Shown: positions 24,088 to 32,968 of the stretch, in pieces
Layout: every line of letters starts with the position of its first letter
Position numbering within the stretch: the stretch's first letter is position 1
Origin: an uncultured Candidatus Rokubacteria bacterium
GTDB taxonomy: Bacteria > Methylomirabilota > Methylomirabilia > Rokubacteriales > CSP1-6
Reading direction: 5' to 3'
NCBI GenBank assembly: GCA_963789955.1
Contig: CAWBMV010000001.1
Location: forward strand, 851,954-915,953
DNA length: 64,000 nucleotides
Notes under the pieces: model-generated
Databases searched by the model: none
Seen by the model: only the letters and a program-made list of their open reading frames with translations
What the model was told of the DNA's origin: nothing
Program-made: the position numbers and the translations under genes

Positions 24088-24099
24088 GTCCTTCCCGCG

Positions 24100-24366
24100 A
24101 TGGCAGCCCAACGTGGCATCGGGCTGATCATCCTGGTGATCCTCGCCGGACTCGTGGTCGGCTCGCTCCTCGGAGAGCTTCTCGGCAGTCTCCTCCCGGC
24201 TGGCAACGCCCGCGAGCTGATCACTCGGGGCCCGATGATCGGCCTGATGCCACCCGCCACGATCGATCTGCGATTCCTCGCCATGACGTTCGGGTTGAGC
24301 CTCAAGGTCAACCTGGTGGGCGTCGCGGGGATTGTCCTGGCCATCCTCGCTCTTCGCCGTCTCTAG
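24100..24366 (+). CDS. Small membrane protein, DUF4321-like
   Basis: Hydrophobic segments; G..VGSLLGE...TIDL..L..TFG.SL.VN pattern; sits before maf. Confidence 0.7.
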   Translation: MAAQRGIGLIILVILAGLVVGSLLGELLGSLLPAGNARELITRGPMIGLMPPATIDLRFLAMTFGLSLKVNLVGVAGIVLAILALRRL

Positions 24367-24520
24367 GCGGGGCGCCGGGCGAGGGCCGGGGCCGGGTCGG
24401 CTGGGATCTGACTGCTGCGATCCTCGGCTTGGAAGTCATGTGCGCTGCGCGAGAGCGATGCTGCCTACACAGATCCCAGCCGACCCGCCCCCCGGCCCTC
24501 GCCCGGCGCCCCGCCTAGAG
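24361..24520. repeat. Near-perfect ~50-bp inverted repeat with 59-nt spacer, CTAG at both ends (MITE/REP-like)
   Basis: 24361-24410 is the reverse complement of 24470-24520 with one mismatch and one indel. Confidence 0.9.
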
Positions 24521-24522
24521 CC

Positions 24523-25102
24523 GTGAGATTGATTCTGGCGTCTCGATCTCCGCGGCGGCGGGAGCTTCTGCGTAGGATCTGGGCGGAGTTCGAGGTTCTG
24601 CCGAGCGACATCGACGAGGTGCTGGACGACGGGCCTGTTGGGGATGCGGTGGCTGGGCTTGCTTTGCGGAAGGGGCGGGCGGTGGCGGGGCGGGTGGGTG
24701 CTTGGGGTGGTGTTGGCGGCGGATACCGTGGTGGTGATCGATGGGGTTGTGTTGGGGAAGCCGGTGGGGGTTGAGGAGGCGACGGGGATGCTCGTGCGGT
24801 TGCGAGGGCGACTGCATGAGGTCGTTACGGGGGTGGCGGTCGTTGACGCTGAGACCGGGCGGTCGGCTTCGGCGACGGCGGTGAGCCGGGTGTTGATGGC
24901 GGCGTACTCGGACTCGATGATCGCGGACTACGTGGCGTCGGGCTCGCCCTTCGACAAGGCCGGCGGCTATGCGATCCAGGATCTGGGCGGCGCGCTGGTC
25001 GACGGCGTGATCGGTTCGTACACCAACGTCGTCGGGCTACCGGTGGAGGCGACGCGTCGTTTGCTGGAGGGGTTCGGGGTGCTCAGCGAACGGAGGGCTT
25101 GA
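24523..25102 (+). CDS. maf: Maf-family nucleoside triphosphate pyrophosphatase (frameshift near 24702)
   Basis: LILASRSPRRRELL, LAADTVV..DG..LGKP, HEVVTGV, DKAGGYAIQ, GSYTNVVGLP. Confidence 0.92.
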
Positions 25103-26036
25103 TCTGAAGCAGCATGTCCTCCGGCTTCGGGATCTTCACGGACTGCGGCAGCGGCGTGTGGGCCCGAATGATCGCGATGGTCTGCTGGAGCTGATCGGCC
25201 GAGACCTGGCCGTCCGGCAGATAGAGTCCGCGCGAGGCCGCGAGCCGCGCTTCGAAGTCGGCGAAGTCGCCGACGACTCGGGTTGGAAGGCGACCGGCCA
25301 GATCGCGCGCCTCGGCAGCCTGGATCCGCTGCTCGGCCTTTCTGAGCGCGCGAATCAGCCCCGCCAGATCGCGATCCGGCGCCCGCCGCTCGGCGCGGGT
25401 GAAGACCGCGGCGTTCACCGTGCTCGATCCGAGAATCGAGGCGGCGGCGCGCGGAGTTCGAAAATCGGCCAGCAGCTTGGCGCGGCCCTGACTCAGGAGC
25501 TGACTGGCCGCCGGCTCCGGGACCAGCGCGACGTGGACGTCGCCGGAGTCGATGGCGGTCACGAGACCGCGCTCGCCGAGGCTTCGCACGCGCACCTGGG
25601 CGATGCTCATGCCCGACCGGGCCAGGAGCCAGCCGAACCAGGCGTGCTCGGGTGCGCCCGGCGTCGTCACTCCCACGCGCATCGCGGACAGGTCCTCGAT
25701 GGAGCGCACGGCGCTCTCATGCGGGCCGGCGACCAGCAGCGCCACCGGGGGCGCTGCCGTCAGCCCGAAGATCAGCCTCGGAGACTGAGTCGACGTCGCC
25801 CGCAGGCCGAAGCGCAGGATCGCCTCGAGCGTCGTCGCGGCGAGATCCGCCTGGCCCTGAGCGAGGGCTTCGGCAGCTCCGGACTCAGCCCGCGTGGTCC
25901 TGACGGTGACGGCGAGCCCCTCCGCGGCGAAGTAGCCCTCGGCCTCGGCGACCCGGATCGGAAGGTATTCGGGTGAGGTGGGCGGGCCGCTCACCGCGAG
26001 CATCAGGGCCTGGAGCAGGATGATGAGCCCGGGCAT
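25083..26036 (-). CDS. ABC transporter substrate-binding protein (NMT1/SsuA-like), orphan
   Basis: YLPI.VAEAEGYFAAEGL.V, ALAQGQAD, SIEDL...RVGVT.PG, AI.SGDV. Confidence 0.8.
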   Translation of the reverse strand: MPGLIILLQALMLAVSGPPTSPEYLPIRVAEAEGYFAAEGLAVTVRTTRAESGAAEALAQGQADLAATTLEAILRFGLRATSTQSPRLIFGLTAAPPVALLVAGPHESAVRSIEDLSAMRVGVTTPGAPEHAWFGWLLARSGMSIAQVRVRSLGERGLVTAIDSGDVHVALVPEPAASQLLSQGRAKLLADFRTPRAAASILGSSTVNAAVFTRAERRAPDRDLAGLIRALRKAEQRIQAAEARDLAGRLPTRVVGDFADFEARLAASRGLYLPDGQVSADQLQQTIAIIRAHTPLPQSVKIPKPEDMLLQIKPSVR

Positions 26037-26056
26037 CAGGTCAGCTCCGCGGCGCC

Positions 26057-26748
26057 ATGGCCGGACCCCCGGTCCGCCCCGCGATCGGTCCAAGGCGAGG
26101 CTCCTGCGGCTCTACACGGCACTGCATCGGCGCTTTGGGCCGCAACGCTGGTGGCCGAGCCGCTCGCCGTACGAGACCGCGGTGGGCGCCGTCCTCACCC
26201 AGCACACCGCGTGGGTCAACGCGGCCCGCGCCATCGCGGCGCTGCGTGCCCGCCGGCTGCTGACCCCGGCGCGGCTGGCCGCCGTGGAGGCCGGCAGCCT
26301 GGCTCAGGTGATTCGCTCGGCCGGCACTCCTCGTGTCAAGGCGCGCCGGCTTCGCGCGCTGACCCGCTGGATCCTCGAGCGCGTGGGCGGAAGCCTGCGC
26401 CGGATGCGGACGATGCCGCTCGAGCCGCTCCGCGCCGAGCTGCTCGAGATTCCCGGCATCGGTCCCGAGACCGCCGACGCCATCCTGCTCTACTCGGCGG
26501 GGCGGCCGGTATTCGTCGCCGACGCGTACGCCCGGCGAGTCCTGGCTCGTCATCGGCTGATCGATTCGCGTGCGGGGTACGAGGAGGCTCGGCGCTGGCT
26601 CGAGGCGCATCTGCCATCCGATCCCGACCTGTTCAACGAGTTTCACGCGCTGCTCGTGGCCGTGGGCAAGTCGCACTGTCGTTCGCGGCCGCGGTGCGAG
26701 GGCTGCGCGCTGCGCTTCGACCTGCGCGGTCGTCGCCCCGCCCCCTAG
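26057..26748 (+). CDS. Endonuclease III-related HhH-GPD protein (probable frameshift near the start)
   Basis: GPQRWWP, VGAVLTQHT.W, IPGIGPETADAILLY, FVADAYARR, EFHALLV, C-terminal Cys cluster. Confidence 0.85.
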
Positions 26749-26794
26749 TCGACCGGGACGCCACGCGAGCTTCCGGCGCTCCGGGGGCTCGCGA

Positions 26795-27907
26795 TCATCG
26801 GCAGAATTCGGCCAGCACCGCGACGATCCGCTCCGCGGCGTCGGGTACGCCGAGCGTGCGCGCGTGCTCGCCCATCTGCTTGAGCCGCGCCGGATCGGAC
26901 ACGAGCGCGCCGAGCTCCTGCTCGAGCCGCTCGGCCGTGAGACTCGATTGCGGGAGCACGACGGCGCCGCCGGCACGCTCCACGAGTCGCGCGTTCTCGG
27001 TTTGCTCGTCGCCGCTGGTGCCGGGGAGCGGCACGTAGAGCGCGGGCACGCCGAGCTGGCAGCACTCGTTCACGGTGCCGGCGCCGGCGCGGGCGATCGC
27101 CAGCGCGGCCGCCGCGTAGATCTCGGCGAGCTCCGCGCCCACGTAGGGCACGACCGTGTAGCGCCGCGCCAGGCTCTCGGGCAGCGCGGCGCGCCGCTCC
27201 TCGAGCCACTGCCGGTCGCCGGTCGCGGGATTCTCGCCGCACTGGTGGATGATCTGAGCGTGCGCCAGGAGCCGGGGAAGCGCCTCACCCACGACCCGGT
27301 TGATCCGATGCGCCCCGAGCGCGCCGCCGGTGACGTACACGAGCGGGACGGCCGGATCGAGCTGGAAGCGCGCGATGGCGCCGGACCGCGTGCCCGTCCG
27401 AAGCTCCGGCCGAAGGGGATTGCCGGTCACGACCACCCGGGAGGCCGGGAAGCTGCCGGTCTTGTCGGGAAAGGTGACCGCGATGCGCTGTGCGAACCGG
27501 GCGCCGATCCGGTTCGCGAGCCCGGGCACCGCCGTCTGCTCGTGGAGCACGATCGGCACGCGCGAGACGGCCGCCGCGAACATCACCGGTAGCGCGACGA
27601 AGCCACCGGTGCCGAAGACGACCTTGGGACGCAGCGCGCGCAGCGCGCGAACGGCGCCGAGCATCCCCATCGGCACGTTCACGGCGAGATCGCCGACGTT
27701 CTGCCACGCCCAGTAGCGCCGGAGCTTTCCGGTGGAGATCGCGACGTAGGGAATGCCGGTCAGGGGAACGCGCTGGGCTTCGATACCGGAGCGAGAGCCG
27801 ATCCACGCGCACGGGATCGAGCGCTCACGCAGGAGGGCCGCCACCGCGAGGCCCGGGCTCGTGTGCCCCCCGGTGCCGCCGCCCGCGATGACGACGTCGG
27901 CGGTCAC
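26795..27907 (-). CDS. murG: Undecaprenyl-PP-MurNAc-pentapeptide GlcNAc transferase
   Basis: AGGGTGGH, GKLRRY, TGGFV, HEQ..VPGLANR, TGNPLR, RAGAGTVNE, EQTENA; GTGA overlap with ddl. Confidence 0.95.
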   Translation of the reverse strand: MTADVVIAGGGTGGHTSPGLAVAALLRERSIPCAWIGSRSGIEAQRVPLTGIPYVAISTGKLRRYWAWQNVGDLAVNVPMGMLGAVRALRALRPKVVFGTGGFVALPVMFAAAVSRVPIVLHEQTAVPGLANRIGARFAQRIAVTFPDKTGSFPASRVVVTGNPLRPELRTGTRSGAIARFQLDPAVPLVYVTGGALGAHRINRVVGEALPRLLAHAQIIHQCGENPATGDRQWLEERRAALPESLARRYTVVPYVGAELAEIYAAAALAIARAGAGTVNECCQLGVPALYVPLPGTSGDEQTENARLVERAGGAVVLPQSSLTAERLEQELGALVSDPARLKQMGEHARTLGVPDAAERIVAVLAEFCR

Positions 27908-29034
27908 CCGGTTCCCTTGCTCTGGTGTCGCTCGAGGGCGAGCTCGATCAGGCGGTCGACCAGCTCGGTGTAGCCGAGTCCGGAAGCCGCCCACATCTTG
28001 GCGTAGGCGCTCGTCGCCGTGAACCCGGGGATCGTGTTGATCTCGTTGACCAGCACGCGGCCGCGGTCGCGCTCCACGAAGAAGTCGACGCGTGCCATGC
28101 CGGAGCAGTCGATCGCGCGGAACGCCGCGACCGCGAGCTCCTGGAGCCGCTTGGTCGTCTCGGGCGGGACGGGGGCTGGGATGGTCAGGCGCGATTGGCC
28201 CTCGAGGTACTTCGTCGAGTAGTCGTACCATTCGGCGTCGAAGGAGATCTCACCGGGCAGCGACGCGATCGGCTCCTCGTTGCCGAGCACGCTGACCTCG
28301 ATCTCGCGCGCGTTCACCGCACGCTCGATGATGATCTTGCGGTCGTGCCGCGCGGCGAGGTCCATCGCGGCGGCGAGCGCGCCGCGGTTCGCTACCTTGC
28401 TGATCCCGACGCTCGAGCCCAGGTTCACCGGCTTGACGAAGCACGGGAAGCCGACGGTGTCGGCGACGCGCGCGGTGACCCGGTCGGGGGCCTGGCGCCA
28501 CTCGTGTCGGGTCACGACGAGGTGCTCGACGATCGGCAGGCCGTGGGCCTGGAACACGGCCTTCATCGTGGCCTTGTCCATGCCGACGGCGGAAGCGAGG
28601 ACCCCGGCGCCCACGTACGGAACGTCGGCGAGCTCGAAGAGGCCCTGGATCGTGCCGTCCTCGCCGTACGGGCCGTGCAGCATGATCACGACGACGTCGA
28701 GGCCCTGGCGGAGCTCGAGCGGGAGGCTTCCCGCGGGCTCGGTGCGGGCGAGCCCTTCGATCGCCGCGCTCTCCACGGCTTCGGCGCGGTTCGCGAGCGC
28801 CTTCTTCACGGCGCCGTCGGCATCGTTCGACGGGAGCGCGACGCGCGCCTCGGCGGCCAGCGCGCGCAGGGGCTCGCCGCCGACGACCCAGCGTCCATTG
28901 CGGGCGATACCGATGGGGACGACCGTGTGGCCGCGCTCTTCGAGGGCGGCGATGACCGAGGCCGCGGAGGCGAGCGACACCTCGTGCTCACCAGAGCGCC
29001 CACCAAAGACCACGCCCACACGCAGGCGAGGCAT
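27904..29034 (-). CDS. ddl: D-alanine--D-alanine ligase
   Basis: FGGRSGEHEVSL.SA, LHGPYGEDGTIQG, KP.NLGSSVGI, NEINTIPGFT. Confidence 0.96.
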   Translation of the reverse strand: MPRLRVGVVFGGRSGEHEVSLASAASVIAALEERGHTVVPIGIARNGRWVVGGEPLRALAAEARVALPSNDADGAVKKALANRAEAVESAAIEGLARTEPAGSLPLELRQGLDVVVIMLHGPYGEDGTIQGLFELADVPYVGAGVLASAVGMDKATMKAVFQAHGLPIVEHLVVTRHEWRQAPDRVTARVADTVGFPCFVKPVNLGSSVGISKVANRGALAAAMDLAARHDRKIIIERAVNAREIEVSVLGNEEPIASLPGEISFDAEWYDYSTKYLEGQSRLTIPAPVPPETTKRLQELAVAAFRAIDCSGMARVDFFVERDRGRVLVNEINTIPGFTATSAYAKMWAASGLGYTELVDRLIELALERHQSKGTG

Positions 29035-29079
29035 ACCAGCCATTCTAGCAGCAGAGGCCGGGCGGCCCGCCGAACCGGA

Positions 29080-29526
29080 TCAGGTCGGTCCGGTCGCGAT
29101 GAGGATGGCCTTGGCGATGAGGCCGACGAACTCCCAGGCGGGCCCGGTCCAGTAGGCGCGGGCGAGCCAGATGCCGATAGAAACGCCTACATACGCGATG
29201 GCCAGGAAGACATAGTCCGGCACCTCCCGTAGCGGCAGGACCGCCCTGAGGATGCCGGCGCCGATCGCGCCGAGGAAGGCGATGATACCGAGCGCGGCCG
29301 CGATCGCCAGCGGCGACAGCAGGACGAACATGAACGAGGTGACGATGGCTTCGCCGCGGCCGATCGGCGTCGCGAACCGCTCGCGCACGGCCGGCTGATC
29401 GGCGAGCCGCTCGAGGGCCTGGGCGACCTTGCCCCAGCTGATGAACCCTGAATACGACGCGAGGAAGAGGACGCAGGCCCCGAGGAAGATCCAGTGGCGC
29501 CGCTTGAGGAGATTGAGCGGCCACAT
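29080..29526 (-). CDS. Hypothetical membrane protein
   Basis: Several hydrophobic helices, coding-like codon usage, co-oriented in the operon. Confidence 0.7.
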   Translation of the reverse strand: MWPLNLLKRRHWIFLGACVLFLASYSGFISWGKVAQALERLADQPAVRERFATPIGRGEAIVTSFMFVLLSPLAIAAALGIIAFLGAIGAGILRAVLPLREVPDYVFLAIAYVGVSIGIWLARAYWTGPAWEFVGLIAKAILIATGPT

Positions 29527-29529
29527 GGC

Positions 29530-30880
29530 CTATACCCTAGGGCGTTGCCGCTCCGAGCGCCAGCGTCTCCACTCGGCGAGCCGGCGTCCGAGCTCGGCTT
29601 CGAGCCCGCGGTCGGTCGGGCGATAGTACTGCCGCCCCCGCAGCGACTCCGGCAGATCCTCCTGGCTCACGCGTGCGTCCGGCGCGTCGTGGGCGTACTG
29701 GTAGCCCGCGCCGTAGCCAACGTCCTTCATGAGCCGTGTCGGCGCGTTGCGGATGTGGAGCGGCACCGGCTCGGCCGGCCGCTGGGCCACGTCCTCTTTC
29801 GCCTCGTTGTGGGCGACGTACACGGCGTTCGACTTCGGCGCGAGCGCCAGATAGAGCGTCGCCTGGGCGAGCGCCAGCTCGCCCTCGGGATCGCCGAGGA
29901 AGTCGTACGCCTCCTTCGCGGCGAGCGTCAGGCTGAGCGCGCCGGGGTCGGCGTTGCCGACGTCCTCGGACGCGAAGCGCACGAGTCGGCGCGCGATATA
30001 GAGACGGTCCTCGCCGGCCTCGAGCATCCGTGTGAGCCAGTACAGCGAGGCGTCGGGATCCGAATCGCGCAGCGATTTGTGGAGCGCCGAGATCAGGTTG
30101 TAGTGCTCTTCGCCCGACTTGTCGTAGAGCAGGGTCCGCCGCTGCGCCGCTTCGCGGATCGTCGTGTCGGTGATCCGACGCGGCCCGCCGCCGGACGGCG
30201 TCAGCGCGACGGCCACCTCGAGCACGTTCAGCGCGACCCGCGCGTCGCCGTTGGCCACGCGCGCGATCGAGCGCAGCCCTTCGTCGGTGACCTCCGGGCG
30301 CAACGACGCGAGGCCGCGCGCGCCGTCGGCGAGCGCCCGGCGCATGATCGCGAGCAGATCGTCGTCCTCGAGCGCCCTGCAGGACATAGACCCGGCAGCG
30401 CGACAGGAGCGCCGAGTTCACCTCGAACGACGGATTTTCGGTCGTGGCGCCCACCAGGACGACCGTTCCCTTCTCCACGTGCGGCAGGAAGGCGTCCTGC
30501 TGGGCGCGGTTGAAGCGATGGATCTCGTCGACGAAGAGGATCGTGCGGATCCCGCGCCGGGCCCCTTCGCGCTCCGCCTCGGCGATCACCTCGCGGATCT
30601 CCTTGACGCCGGACAGGACCGCCGAGAACGCGACGAAGCGCGCGCCGGTCACGCTCGCCATCAGGGACGCGAGGGTCGTCTTCCCCGAGCCCGGCGGGCC
30701 CCAGAGGATCATCGAGTGGAGCTCGCCGGTCTCGATCGCGGCCCGCAGCACGCGGCCCGGCCCCAGCAGGTGCTCCTGGCCGACGATCTCGTCGAGCGAG
30801 CGCGGCCGCATCCGGTCGGCGAGCGGCGCCGGCGGCCGCGGCGCGCCCGTGCCCCGGTCGGACTCGGCGAAGAGCTCCAC
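29530..30880 (-). CDS. rarA: Replication-associated recombination protein A (frameshift near 30380)
   Basis: [62 protein letters not shown]. Confidence 0.95.
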
Positions 30881-30881
30881 G

Positions 30882-31547
30882 TCAGGGTCGTCCGTTGCGC
30901 TGCGCGGCAAGCCAGGCCGGGAGAAGTGCCAGATCCGCGAGGTGGACGATCGGCGTCACCTGCCAGCGGTCGAGATCTTCCTGCCGGGCCCGGTAGGCGA
31001 TGAAGGACACGCCCGCCTTGGCGGCGGCGACGCCGTCGACCCACGAGTCGCCCACCACGACCGCGTCGCGCGGATTGCCGGCGCCGTTCGCCAGCTTGCC
31101 AAAGTGCTCCGCGATCACCCGCCACCCGTCGGGATCGGGCTTCAGCGCGCGCATGTCGTCACGGGTGACGACCAGGTCGAGCTCGTCGGCCAGACCCAGC
31201 CGGGCGAGCGCCGGCACGGTGAGCTCCCGGGCGTTGTTGGTCCAGATCGCGGTCGCGAAGCCGCTGCGACGAGCCCCCACCACCGCGGCGAGCGCGCCGG
31301 GCTCGAGGGCGGCGACCTCCATGGCCCGGCGCTCGTGGTCCAGCGCGACCTCCCAGACGGCAGCTTCGAGCGCCGGCGCCCGGGTCTGGCAGTGCGCGAT
31401 CAGCTCGCCCACGCGATAGCGCTCCTTGCGGGTCGGCAGGGGGCCGTGTGTCCGCTCGATGAGCGTACGCATGTCGATGGCCATGGCGGCGAGGTCGAGC
31501 GGGGTCTGGATGAGGGTGTGATCGAGATCGAACACGCACAGAGCCAC
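30882..31547 (-). CDS. HAD-superfamily hydrolase
   Basis: [24 protein letters not shown]. Confidence 0.88.
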   Translation of the reverse strand: MALCVFDLDHTLIQTPLDLAAMAIDMRTLIERTHGPLPTRKERYRVGELIAHCQTRAPALEAAVWEVALDHERRAMEVAALEPGALAAVVGARRSGFATAIWTNNARELTVPALARLGLADELDLVVTRDDMRALKPDPDGWRVIAEHFGKLANGAGNPRDAVVVGDSWVDGVAAAKAGVSFIAYRARQEDLDRWQVTPIVHLADLALLPAWLAAQRNGRP

Positions 31548-31588
31548 GCTGAGACCGTACCACAGGCGTGCTACCATGAGTTGTCATC

Positions 31589-32968
31589 ATGACGCGCCGC
31601 CTGCTTTCTATCTCGGCGTTGGCGTCGATTCTACTGGCTGGCCTTCCTGCGTCGCCCGCGCTCGCCCTCGACGAGGCCGACCGACTCTGGCTCGTGGGCG
31701 ACCGGGCGTTCGCCGACGGCCTGTATCCGGTCGCACGCCGCGTCCTGGATCGCTTCGTCATCGAGTACCCGAACGACACGCGGGTCGCTCCGGCCATGCT
31801 GCTCCTCGGCCGGTCGCGGCTCGCGCTCGGCGAGCCCGAGAAAGCGCTCGACGCGTTCCGTCGCCTCCGCGCGATCGCGACGCTTGCCGGCACAGCAGCT
31901 CGAAGGCCGCTTCTGGGAAGCCGAGTCGCTCTATCGCCTGAAGCAGTTCGCCGCAGCGCGCTCAGCCTACGACGATGTGCTCAGCAAGGACGCCTCCTCG
32001 GCAACTCGCGCCCGAGGCGCTCTATGGTCTCGGCCTGTGCGAGCTCGAGCTGCGCAGGCCGGAGCCGGCGATCAAGGCCTTCCGCGACCTGCTGACCTCG
32101 TGGCCCGAGCACTCGACGGCGGCGTCGGCGACCTTCTATCTGGCTCAGACGCTCGCCGAACAGAAGCGCTATGCCGAGGCCGTGCCGCTGCTGACCCCGT
32201 TCGCCACGAAGTATCCCAAAGAGCAAGCTCGTCCCCGACGCGCAGTACCTGCTCGGATCGACGCGGCTGACGATGGGCGAGCGCGACGCGGGTGTCGCCG
32301 AGCTCCAGGCGTTCATCGCGGCCTACCCGGGCCATCCGCAGGTGGCGGCCGCCCGACGAAAGACCACCGAGACGATCGCCAAGGCCGGCACGCCCGCCCA
32401 GCAAAAAGGCGCGCACTCGCAGCTGATGCAGCAGCCGTCGGCGACCGCCGAATCGCTCTACGACGCGGGCGTGATCGCGGGCAAGGCCGGCCAGGTCAAG
32501 GACCAGCAGGTCGCCTGGGGACGGCTCCGGAAGGAATACCCGAATCACCCGCTGGCGTACCAGGCGGCCTACGACTTGGCCGAGACGGCCTTCAAGAAGA
32601 AGGAATGGACCCAGGCGGCCGCGCAGGCCAAGGCGGCTGCGTCGAGTGAAGACGAGGCCGTCCGCGCCCGCGCGCTCTTGCTCGAGGGCGAGTCGGAGCT
32701 CAAGCTCAGCCGTTTCAAGGAGGCCGCGAAGTCGTTCGAGGCAGTCGCCCACGTGAAGAACGTCGAAGCCGGGGATCGATACCGCGCGCTGGCCGGGCTC
32801 GGCCTCGCCAGAGAGCAGCTCGGAGAGATTCGTGCCGCCCTCGCGGCCTACGACGCGGTCGCCAGCAAGAGCCCAGACGCGAAACTGCGCGACTGGGCGC
32901 GGGACCGGGCGGCGGTGGTCAGGGCGCAGCCCGCCAAGCCGGCCACGGGTGGCGAGAAGAAGTCGTGA
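31589..32968 (+). CDS. Secreted TPR protein (CpoB/BamD-like repeats), about three frameshifts
   Basis: Signal peptide ending ALA; repeated TPR units (YP..., A..Y.LG/A) across ORF pieces 31589, 31884, 31975 and 32273. Confidence 0.75.

Noticed and set aside
24670..24710. G-quadruplex motif in maf as a selected regulatory element
   Set aside because: More simply a by-product of the local G enrichment reported as a finding; no independent support.
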